Assembly: GCA_964450875.1 (NCBI GenBank)
Contig: CAYVHG010000103.1
Location: 1-57,759 of the forward strand
From: an uncultured Anaerolineaceae bacterium
GTDB taxonomy: Bacteria > Chloroflexota > Anaerolineae > Anaerolineales > DRMV01
Direction: 5' to 3'
Length of the DNA stretch: 57,759 nucleotides
The notes under the pieces were generated by a model. The model saw nothing but the letters and a program-made list of their open reading frames with translations, was not told where the DNA came from and searched no databases. Below, one piece after another: positions 10,276-17,472 of this stretch (positions are counted from its first letter, which is position 1; each line of letters starts with the position of its first letter). The position numbers were made by a program, and so were the translations under genes.

Positions 10276-11382
10276 CTATTGCACCATGTGCGCCAGCCAG
10301 CGGGCGCGCGGGTCTTCTGCGGGGGTGGGCGGTTCGGCCACCAGGGCCTCGATTTCGGCCAGCACCTCGTCGGGGAAGGGCACCATGCCGCCCATGCGGC
10401 CGTAGAAGCGGATGGGCACTTGCCCTTGCGCGGCGGCTTGGATGTCGTCGAGCATTTGGCCGCCGTTCATTTCCACGACCAGGAAGGCTTTGCTGCGCGC
10501 CGCCAGGTCGTGGATGGCGCGAGTGGGGAAGGGGCGCAGGCTGACCGGGCGGAACAGCCCGACCTTGATGCCCTTGGCGCGCGCCGCACGCACGGCGGAA
10601 AGCGCCACTCGCCCGGCCGTGCCGAAGCCGAGCACGACGTATTCGGCGTCGTCGAGGTAATATTCTCGGTAGCGGATTTCGTTGGCTTCCATTTCGCGCC
10701 AGCGTTGCACCAGCCGCAAGTTGACTTCCTCTTCGACTTCGGGCTTGAGGTAAAGGGAAGTCAGGCGGCGCGGCGGGCGGCCTTCTGCCCCGCCGACAGC
10801 CCAGTCGGGGCGCTCGGTGCGCGGGGGGCGTGGCTCGGGCAGGGAAACCGGCTCCATCATCTGCCCGATGCTGCCGTCGGCGACCACGAAAACGATGGTG
10901 CGGTATTTCTCGGCCAAGTCGAAAGCCTCGCCGATGAGGTCTACGGCTTCCTGCACCGAGGCCGGGGCAAGCACCAGGGGGAAGAAATCGCCGTGCCCCG
11001 CGCCGTGGATGACCTGGCGGTAGTCGCCTTGCGAGGGGGCAATGTTGCCCAGCCCAGGGCCGCCGCGCATGACATCGACGATCACCGCAGGCACTTCGGT
11101 GCCGGCTATGTAAGAGATGCCCTCGGCCATCAGGCTGATGCCAGGCCCCGAGGTGGAAGTCATCACCCGTGCACCGGTGCATGCCGCGCCGTAGACCATG
11201 TTGATGGCCGCGACTTCGCTCTCGGCTTGCAAGAAGGTGCGCCCTTCTTCGGGCATGCGTTTCGACATCCATTCCAGCAGCTCGCTTTGCGGGGTGATGG
11301 GATAGCCGAAATAGGCGTCGAGGCCGGCGCGGATGGCAGCCTCGGCCATGGCGACATTCCCTTTGAGCAGTTCGCGTGTCAT
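10276..11382 (-). CDS. 2-oxoacid:ferredoxin oxidoreductase, alpha subunit (VorB/KorA-like)
   Basis: Starts [34 protein letters not shown]...[15 protein letters not shown]...[10 protein letters not shown]. The ATG at 11382 is preceded by GGAAGGAGG. The upstream part of track ORF 10276..11742 overlaps the delta-subunit gene and is not coding. Confidence 0.85.
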   Translation of the reverse strand: MTRELLKGNVAMAEAAIRAGLDAYFGYPITPQSELLEWMSKRMPEEGRTFLQAESEVAAINMVYGAACTGARVMTSTSGPGISLMAEGISYIAGTEVPAVIVDVMRGGPGLGNIAPSQGDYRQVIHGAGHGDFFPLVLAPASVQEAVDLIGEAFDLAEKYRTIVFVVADGSIGQMMEPVSLPEPRPPRTERPDWAVGGAEGRPPRRLTSLYLKPEVEEEVNLRLVQRWREMEANEIRYREYYLDDAEYVVLGFGTAGRVALSAVRAARAKGIKVGLFRPVSLRPFPTRAIHDLAARSKAFLVVEMNGGQMLDDIQAAAQGQVPIRFYGRMGGMVPFPDEVLAEIEALVAEPPTPAEDPRARWLAHMVQ

Positions 11383-11396
11383 GGTGGCCTCCTTCC

Positions 11397-11642
11397 CTAC
11401 GCCGTGGCTGCGCGTGCGCGCACTTTGACTTCCCGATAGACGGTGATGGCGGCTTCCGGGCACACCACGGCGCAAATGTTGCAGCCGGTGCACCCCTCTT
11501 CGGCCAAAATGGCCGGGTGGTAGCCGTGGGGGGTGAGCCGGTTGGTGTCCAGGGCAAGGACGTCGACCGGGCAATAGACCACGCAAAGTTCGCACCCTTT
11601 GCAGAGTGTCTCGTCGATTTCGACCCATCCTTTTGCAGCCAT
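11397..11642 (-). CDS. OFOR delta subunit, 2x[4Fe-4S] ferredoxin
   Basis: [12 protein letters not shown] and [12 protein letters not shown] motifs. The ATG at 11642 lies 5 nt after GGAGG. The track start at 11648 is a GTG inside the SD. Confidence 0.8.
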   Translation of the reverse strand: MAAKGWVEIDETLCKGCELCVVYCPVDVLALDTNRLTPHGYHPAILAEEGCTGCNICAVVCPEAAITVYREVKVRARAATA

Positions 11643-11690
11643 AGGCACCTCCGTGGTGTGAAAACGCTTGCGCCCGAGGGCGCAGGATAT

Positions 11691-11721
11691 AAAAAAACAC
11701 CCTCGTCCACAGGGACGAAGG
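11691..11721 (-). terminator. intrinsic terminator (expression platform of the T-box leader)
   Basis: The minus strand reads CCUUCGUCC-CUGU-GGACGAGGG, a 9-bp stem with one G-U pair, followed by UGUUUUUUU. Confidence 0.8.
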
Positions 11722-11995
11722 CGTGAACCTCCGCGGTACCACCCTTGTTGCTGGTTGCCGCGCGTGCGGGCGCGTCTGCTGCGGGGCAGCCAGCCGCTTG
11801 GGGGCGCGCTAACGGGCGCCAGCCGCCGCGGACTACACTCGCCAGACGAGTTTCGCCCGTGGGGTGTTCCCTTTGCGGGAAGGCAGGCGAGTTGGGCCTT
11901 GTGGCGCTCGGCGGGCGCCTTTGCCGGGCTTGCACCCTCCCCGGCTCGCTGGCCGATGGCTTACTACTCCTGCCGTCACCGTCACCATCGCTCGT
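11691..11995 (-). promoter_or_regulatory. T-box riboswitch leader, apparent specifier CUC (Leu)
   Basis: On the minus strand, in order:
- GAGCGAUGG, the Stem I start.
- AGUA at 11968-11965.
- AG bulge AGCGA at 11950-11946.
- Distal loop GGGUGCAA at 11937-11930, closed by GCCGGG/CCCGGC.
- Lower helix GGCAGG/CCUGCC, with the 3' side of the specifier loop reading AA-CUC-G (CUC at 11891-11889).
- F-box-like CCCGUUA at 11816-11810.
- T-box AACAAGGGUGGUACCGCGG at 11749-11731.
- Then the terminator. Confidence 0.8.
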
Positions 11996-12051
11996 TTGTG
12001 GGTATGCGGAAACCCGGCAGCGCCAACGTTGCCGGGTTAAGGTTGGCGGCG

Positions 12052-12080
12052 ATTGTACCTTACCCCTGCGGATGCGTCTA
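12052..12080 (-). promoter_or_regulatory. candidate sigma-70-type promoter for the T-box/OFOR transcript
   Basis: The minus strand has TAGACG (12080-12075), 17 nt, then TACAAT (12057-12052). A 9-bp hairpin AACCCGGCA/TGCCGGGTT (12038-12011) would sit at the 5' end of the leader. Confidence 0.4.
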
Positions 12081-12182
12081 TGGCGCAGCGCGGTTTGTTT
12101 ATGCTTTTTTTATGGGAAGGCGGGGAAGCGGCCGACGGTGGCATGGCGGGGCGGTCGAGGGGGAAGGCGAGGGAAAGCGAAG

Positions 12183-12206
12183 CCCCCCTGCTGGTGAACA
12201 GGGGGG
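12183..12206 (-). terminator. possible terminator hairpin after the Fe-S oxidoreductase gene
   Basis: 8-bp G/C stem CCCCCCTG/CAGGGGGG with an 8-nt loop, 28 nt past the stop codon. The downstream U-tract is weak (CUUCGCUUUCCC). Confidence 0.35.
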
Positions 12207-12233
12207 CGGGGTGTTCGGGTGGTGTGGAAGGAA

Positions 12234-14243
12234 CTACGCTTCTACCAAGTGCTCGGCGACGATTTCGACGATGTCTTTGACGGCCGGCGCGCCTTCCCCA
12301 ACTTCTTTGGCGGCGTCGTTGAGCATGATCATGCAGAAGGGACAGGCCACGGCTACGGTTTCGGCGCCGGTTTCCTGGGCTTCGGCGAAGCGGGTGAGGT
12401 TGATGCGCTTGTCGCCCTCTTCTTCCTTCCAAATCTGCGCGCCGCCTGCACCGCAGCAGAAGGATTTGTTCTTAGTGTGTTCCATTTCCACCAAGTCGGC
12501 GCCCACTTGTTCGAGCACGAAGCGCGGGGCGTCGTATTCACCGTTGTGGCGCCCCAGGTAGCACGGGTCGTGGAAGGTGATTTTTTCCATCCCGGCTTGG
12601 TCGATTTTGATCTTGCCCTCTTTGAGCAGCTCTTCGACGAATTGGGTGTGGTGCACCACTTCGTAGTTGCCGCCAAATTGGGGGTATTCGTTCTTCAGGG
12701 TGTGGAAGCCGTGCGGGCAGGTGGTCACGATGCGCTTGGGGTTGACCTCGTTGAGCATTTCCACGTTGGCCGAGGCCATCTCGAAGAAGAGGTATTCGTT
12801 GCCGGCGCGGCGGGCGGAATCGCCACAGCAGGTTTCCTGCTCGCCCAGCACGGCGTAGTTGACGCCCGCGGCGTTGAGAATTTTGGCAAAGGCCCGAGCG
12901 ACTTTTTGGGCGCGGGCGTCGGTGGCCGCAGCGCAGCCGACCCACCAGAGCACTTCGGGGTTGGGGTTCTCTTCGATGGTGGGCACTTCGAGGCCCTCGG
13001 CCCATTTCATCCGCTCGCTGGAAGGCACGTTCCACGGGTTCATGGTGCGTTCCATGCCGCGGAAGGCGGTTTCCCACTGCTTGGGGAAGGTGTTTTCCAT
13101 CAGCACCAGCCCGCGGCGGATGTCCATGATGTCGCGCATGGGTTCGTTGCCCAAGGGGCAGACTTCCACGCACGCCCCGCACGAGGTGCATGCCCATACC
13201 GCTTCTTCGGGAATGACGAACTCGGTAAGGGTTTGCGAGGTTTCCTCGCCTTTGGCCAGCCGGTCGCCTTCGTAGTTGAAGAAGTAGCGCTTGTTGATTT
13301 CCAGCGCCGCAGGCGAGAGCAGCTTGCCGGTGTTGTAGGCGGGGCAGACTTCCTGGCAGCGGAAGCACATGATGCACGCGTAGGCGTCCATCAGTTGATA
13401 CCAGTGCAGGTCTTCGATGCGGGTCGCGCCAAACTGCTCGATGCTTTCGTCTTCGAAATCCAACGGTTCGAGCTCGCCAATCGACTTGCGCTCGGGTTTG
13501 AGGGCAAAGTTGAAGGGGGCAAAGAAGAGGTGGATGTGCTTGGAGTAAGGGAAGTAGGGGATGAAGAGCATGATCAACCCGAGGGCAATCCAGAAGGCGA
13601 GGTGGTGCGCCACGGTGAGCGCCGTCGGGCTGAGGCCGGCCCACAGGGAGGCCACGGCGGTGGCAAAGGGCTGGTAGGGGTCGGGGCCTTCCTGGGCAAT
13701 GGCGAAACTTTGGCCGAGGAAGCGGAAGCCCACATGGAAGAGGATGAACAGCCCTACGATGAGGGAATCGCGGTTGATGCCTTTGCGGGCTTTGGGGTTG
13801 AGCATTACGCTGTCGCGGGTGCCCAGCACGCTATCCTTGAACACGAAGCGCCGAATGAGCAGCGCGCTCATGCCGACCAGCACGGAAACGCTGAGCAAAT
13901 CGGCGCCCAGGCGGTAGTAGTTGCCGATGGGGCCTGTGCCCATGAAGTGGAAGTTGGGGATGTAGCCTTCCAAGACGTCGCCCAGGTTGACCAAGACGTA
14001 ATACATGAAGCCCCAGGCAACCATGGCGTGGAAAATCGTCGGCAAGGGCCGCATTTTCCAGGTGGGGCGCAGGGTGATGGTCTTGACCAGGGCGTCGACG
14101 ACGCGTTTGCGTGCCAGCGCCCAGTCGGGCTTGCCCTGCCCGCGCCCGATGATGCGGATGAGGCGGATGGTGGCCTTCCATGCGGCATAGCCTGTCGCCA
14201 GAAGGGCCAGGGTGAAGAGGATTTTTTCCCAAAGTGTCAGCAT
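12234..14243 (-). CDS. membrane-anchored Fe-S oxidoreductase. N-terminal polytopic domain fused to 2x[4Fe-4S] and two CCG (HdrD/DsrK/GlpC-like) domains.
   Basis: 669 aa. About 6 hydrophobic helices are present in the first 250 aa. Cysteine motifs are CIMCFRCQEVCP and CTSCGACVEVCP. CCG-type motifs are CCGDSARR...TTCPHG and CCGAGG...ACPFC. Confidence 0.8.
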   Translation of the reverse strand: MLTLWEKILFTLALLATGYAAWKATIRLIRIIGRGQGKPDWALARKRVVDALVKTITLRPTWKMRPLPTIFHAMVAWGFMYYVLVNLGDVLEGYIPNFHFMGTGPIGNYYRLGADLLSVSVLVGMSALLIRRFVFKDSVLGTRDSVMLNPKARKGINRDSLIVGLFILFHVGFRFLGQSFAIAQEGPDPYQPFATAVASLWAGLSPTALTVAHHLAFWIALGLIMLFIPYFPYSKHIHLFFAPFNFALKPERKSIGELEPLDFEDESIEQFGATRIEDLHWYQLMDAYACIMCFRCQEVCPAYNTGKLLSPAALEINKRYFFNYEGDRLAKGEETSQTLTEFVIPEEAVWACTSCGACVEVCPLGNEPMRDIMDIRRGLVLMENTFPKQWETAFRGMERTMNPWNVPSSERMKWAEGLEVPTIEENPNPEVLWWVGCAAATDARAQKVARAFAKILNAAGVNYAVLGEQETCCGDSARRAGNEYLFFEMASANVEMLNEVNPKRIVTTCPHGFHTLKNEYPQFGGNYEVVHHTQFVEELLKEGKIKIDQAGMEKITFHDPCYLGRHNGEYDAPRFVLEQVGADLVEMEHTKNKSFCCGAGGAQIWKEEEGDKRINLTRFAEAQETGAETVAVACPFCMIMLNDAAKEVGEGAPAVKDIVEIVAEHLVEA

Positions 14244-14419
14244 GGCACTCCCTCAGGGGTGGAATAGGGTAGGAGGACGAGCAACGGAAAAACTCGGCGA
14301 TACCGAGCAGTAGCCAACCCAGGGATTGCATCCATTATAAGGGACATTGCTGCCGGTCGGCGCGAGGAGGCTTCGGCAGCCGGTGGAAAAGCGACCTTCC
14401 GACCGGTCGGTTGGGAGAT

Positions 14420-14428
14420 ATTTTACCA
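14420..14428 (-). promoter_or_regulatory. candidate extended -10 element (TGGTAAAAT) for the Fe-S oxidoreductase gene
   Basis: The minus strand reads TTGTGGTAAAATATC, about 175 nt upstream of the ATG at 14243. Confidence 0.35.
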
Positions 14429-14557
14429 CAAAAACGCGAGGGGAACGCCCAATTTGCTGCTGCGTGCTCGAAATTTGCTTGCATACCCCCTCTGGGGCGC
14501 TTTTTGCCCTGGGGGAACGCCCGCGGTGGACGCAGCCCCACAAGGCCACACACGCGC

Positions 14558-14590
14558 AAAACGGCCTGCGCACCCACCGCAGGCCGTTTT
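14558..14590. terminator. strong symmetric hairpin flanked by A4/T4 (terminator-like) inside a divergent intergenic region
   Basis: AAAACGGCCTGCG-cacccac-CGCAGGCCGTTTT, a 13-bp stem including the A/T ends. A T-run follows on either strand (TTTTAAT on plus, TTTTGCG on minus). No upstream gene reads into it. Confidence 0.6.
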
Positions 14591-14795
14591 AATCACCGAG
14601 AGCCGGGTCGCCACTCCCGGCCCTCTCAAAAGGAGGAGAAGAAAGAAGTTTTTGTCGCCCTTCATTCTCATCTTACCGCGAGCCGCGCAGTTTTGCTTGA
14701 CGCTTATGCTACGATTGCCCTACGATTGCGTCAGGTTGCCGGCTGGGAAGCCCGTATGCCTGCGCGGCTTTGGCCTCTCGAGTATACTTGTGCCC

Positions 14796-15314
14796 ATGCC
14801 GCTTTTCTTGCTGACGGCTCCTTCCGGTGTGGGCAAAACGACGGCCTTGCAGCGCAGCGTGCTTCGGGCGCGCCAACAGGGTTTGCGGGTGGGGGGTGTG
14901 CTTTCGCTGGCTCAGCCTCATGGGCGTCTGCCGCACCCCTCGGCCTTGTGGCTGGAAGACATCGCCACGGGGAGACGGCGTTTGTTGGCGCATGTGGCTG
15001 CCCCCGCCGAGGCCAGTGTGGGCATTTGGCGTTTCCTGGAAGCCACCGTGGTGTGGGGCAACGCTTTGCTGGCCGATGCTGCCGATGCCGACTTGCTGGT
15101 GGTGGATGAAATCGGCCCTTTGGAATTGAATTTGGGGAAGGGCCTGCACGCGGCTTTCGCGGCTTTGCGCTGGGGGCGCTATCATCGCGCCGTGGTAGCC
15201 GTGCGCCCTGCTTTGGTGGAGCAGTTGGCCGACGCGCTCGCACCCCGGCAGCCAAAAGTCATTCGCCTGACGCCCGAAAATAGGGATACAATTCCCCTGT
15301 TGCTCGTCCCCTGA
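14796..15314 (+). CDS. P-loop NTPase, THEP1/DUF2478-like
   Basis: MPLFLLTAPSGVGKTTAL (Walker A at the N-terminus), LLVVDEIGPLEL (Walker B), about 172 aa. The start is taken at the ATG at 14796. The in-frame track ORF starts at 14454. Confidence 0.55.
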   Translation: MPLFLLTAPSGVGKTTALQRSVLRARQQGLRVGGVLSLAQPHGRLPHPSALWLEDIATGRRRLLAHVAAPAEASVGIWRFLEATVVWGNALLADAADADLLVVDEIGPLELNLGKGLHAAFAALRWGRYHRAVVAVRPALVEQLADALAPRQPKVIRLTPENRDTIPLLLVP

Positions 15315-15339
15315 GATTCTGCAGTCGTTGGAGGTGACC

Positions 15340-16479
15340 GTGCTGAAAAGGTTTCGTTGGGTCTTGTGGGTGGTGTTCGTAGGGGGATTGGTTGCCTGCG
15401 GAGGCACGCCTACCTCGAGCGGGCCTCGCTCGGCGCAGACAGCGATGGCGACCGCCGCACCCACGGCCGCGCCTTCGCCCGGCAATCGCTTGGAAGTGAC
15501 CGATGCCCGCGGCCGCACCCTGCATTTCGCTGCCCCGCCTCAGCGCATTGTGGTGGCGGGCAAAGCCAGCTTGCTGGTGGCCGATGCCCTTTACGCTTTC
15601 CCGGAAGCCCCGCAGCGGGTCGTTGCATTACCCCAGCGCTTGCAAACGCCAGCGGCGCTCGATTTCTTGCGCTTGGTGGACCCCAACCTGGATGCCAAGT
15701 TGGTGCTGGCTTCCGACGCCGGGCCCGAACAGATTGCCGCCCTGCACCCCGACGTCGTGGTGATGAAGAGCTTCCTCGCCGACAAGCTTGGGGCCAGCGT
15801 GGAGGCGCTGGGTATTCCGGTGTTCTACCTGCAAATGGAGCAGCCTGAGCAATATGGCCGCGAAATGGCGCAATTGGGCATTTTGTTCGGCGACCCCGCC
15901 CGAGGGAAAGCCCTCGCCGATTTCTACGATCGAACCATCCGCAAGGTGCAGCAGGCCGTCGCGGCTTTGCCCCCCGGCGACCGCCCGCGGGTGCTCTTCC
16001 TCCAGCACACGGTCAAAGGAGGCACCACGGCTTACAAAATCCCTCCGGCTTCCTGGTTGCAGACCACGATGGTGAAACTGGCCGGGGGCGAACCGGTGTG
16101 GGCCGAGAGCGCTCGAGGAGGCAATTGGCAGGTGGCCAATTTGGAACAGATCGCGGCCTGGAACCCCGACCAGATTTTCATCGCCGACTACTTTGCCGAC
16201 CCCCAGCAGGCGGTGGCCGATTTCGAGGCTGACCCCACGGCGGCCAACTTGACCGCGGTGCGCAACGGGCGGGTGTTCCCCTTCCCGAAGGATTTCGTGA
16301 GTTGGGACCAGCCCGACACGCGCTGGGTGTTGGGGTTGGAGTGGCTGGTGAGGCGCATCCACCCCCAGGCGCTGGCCGATGAGGACTTCTGCACCGCGGC
16401 CAAGGTTTTCTACCAAACGGTTTACGGCCTGCAGGGCGATGCGCTGACGAGCGCTCTCGCCCGTTGCCCTGCTTATTGA
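15340..16479 (+). CDS. ABC importer periplasmic binding protein, BtuF/FecB (PBP type 8) family lipoprotein
   Basis: Lipobox VGGLVAC-GG follows a signal peptide, and the sequence resembles cobalamin/siderophore/haem binding proteins. The GTG at 15340 lies 5 nt after GGAGG (the track start is TTG at 15328). Confidence 0.8.
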   Translation: MLKRFRWVLWVVFVGGLVACGGTPTSSGPRSAQTAMATAAPTAAPSPGNRLEVTDARGRTLHFAAPPQRIVVAGKASLLVADALYAFPEAPQRVVALPQRLQTPAALDFLRLVDPNLDAKLVLASDAGPEQIAALHPDVVVMKSFLADKLGASVEALGIPVFYLQMEQPEQYGREMAQLGILFGDPARGKALADFYDRTIRKVQQAVAALPPGDRPRVLFLQHTVKGGTTAYKIPPASWLQTTMVKLAGGEPVWAESARGGNWQVANLEQIAAWNPDQIFIADYFADPQQAVADFEADPTAANLTAVRNGRVFPFPKDFVSWDQPDTRWVLGLEWLVRRIHPQALADEDFCTAAKVFYQTVYGLQGDALTSALARCPAY

Positions 16480-16488
16480 GCCGAGGCG

Positions 16489-17472
16489 GTGCTCATGCGT
16501 CGGCGTTTTTGGTGGTTGCTGGCAGGGTCGGCGGCTTTGGTGGTGCTCTCGGTGTTTCTGGGGCGCTACCCGACGCCGCCGATCCTGCCACCCCGCTTGT
16601 TGGAAAGCGACCCCCTCGCGGCGCGGCTGGTGCTTACGTTGCGCCTGCCGCGCTTGCTGGCGGCTTTCCTGACCGGCGCGGTGTTGGCAGCCAGCGGCCT
16701 TACCATGCAAATGGTGTTCCGCAACCCTTTGGTGGAACCCGGCTTCCTGGGCGTTTCGCAAGGGGCTGCTTTTGGGGCTGCTCTGGCCATCCTCTACCTC
16801 AGCCCTTCGCCGTGGACCGTACAAGCCAGCGCGGCGGTCTTCGGCTTCCTCGGTTTGGGGCTGACCTACGCCTTTGCCCGCCGCTTGCGCTACGGCGGTT
16901 GGATTTTGCGGATGGTGTTGGCGGGCATCGCGGTCTCGGCGCTGTTCGCGGCGGGGGTTGGGCTGCTCAAATACCTGGCCGACCCGCTCACCCAGCTGCC
17001 GGAAATCGTCTTTTGGCTGTTGGGTGGTTTGTGGGCTACCCGCTGGGCGAACTTTCTGCCGGTGCTGGCTGTGACTTTGCCCGCTTTGGTTTTGCTCTAT
17101 CTGGCGCGCTGGCGGCTCAATTTGCTCACTTTGAGCGAAGAGGCGGCCTTTTCCCTCGGCGCGGCGCCTGGCCGTGAGCGCTTGGCGCTGTTGGTGCTCA
17201 CCGTGGCGGCTACCGCGGCCGTGGTCTCCCTCGCGGGCATGGTGGGATGGGTTGGCTTGATGATCCCTCACCTGGCGCGGCGCTGGTTTGCTGCCGATGC
17301 GCGCCAAGCCTTGCCGGCTTCGGTGTTGCTGGGCGGCGCTTTTACCTTGTTGTGTGACGACCTCGCCCGCACGGCGGTCAACGGCGAAATTCCACTGGGC
17401 ATTCTTACCTCGCTGTTGGGCGCGCTGGCTTTCGTGGCTCTCTTGGCAACCACTCCTCGAACCTCACGATGA
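16489..17472 (+). CDS. FecCD/BtuC-family ABC permease
   Basis: 327-aa polytopic protein with RLPRLLAAFLTGAVLAASG and GEIPLGILTSLLGA motifs. An alternative ATG is at 16495. Confidence 0.85.
   Translation: MLMRRRFWWLLAGSAALVVLSVFLGRYPTPPILPPRLLESDPLAARLVLTLRLPRLLAAFLTGAVLAASGLTMQMVFRNPLVEPGFLGVSQGAAFGAALAILYLSPSPWTVQASAAVFGFLGLGLTYAFARRLRYGGWILRMVLAGIAVSALFAAGVGLLKYLADPLTQLPEIVFWLLGGLWATRWANFLPVLAVTLPALVLLYLARWRLNLLTLSEEAAFSLGAAPGRERLALLVLTVAATAAVVSLAGMVGWVGLMIPHLARRWFAADARQALPASVLLGGAFTLLCDDLARTAVNGEIPLGILTSLLGALAFVALLATTPRTSR

Noticed and set aside
11650-12233. Possible RNase P RNA or tmRNA in the 590-bp gap, considered because of its size (about 350 nt) and the terminator at one end.
   Set aside because: No GGAAAGUCCGGGC / ACAGAACCCGGCUUA (RNase P) or tRNA-like GGUUCGA..CCA end (tmRNA) is present. 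The ordered AGUA, AG-bulge, GGUGCAA, F-box and GGGUGGUACCGCG elements identify a T-box instead.
14423-14671. 82-aa minus-strand ORF (MRMKGDKNFF...), and the long form of the plus-strand ORF 14454..15314 (possible TTG start at 14652 behind AGGAGG).
   Set aside because: Both run through the terminator-like hairpin and have low-complexity, motif-free sequence. The P-loop family normally begins right at the Walker A, which favours the ATG at 14796.
14330-14800. Cobalamin riboswitch upstream of the BtuF/BtuC/BtuD-like operon.
   Set aside because: Only loose matches were found (AAGGGA...GGTGGAAAAGC at about 14339-14392, and GGGGGAACGCCCGCGGTGGACGCAGCCCCAC at about 14511-14541). There is no GCCACTG core and no AGCCAGGAGACCTGCC-type B12 box on either strand. 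I am not confident enough to call it, and it needs a covariance-model search.
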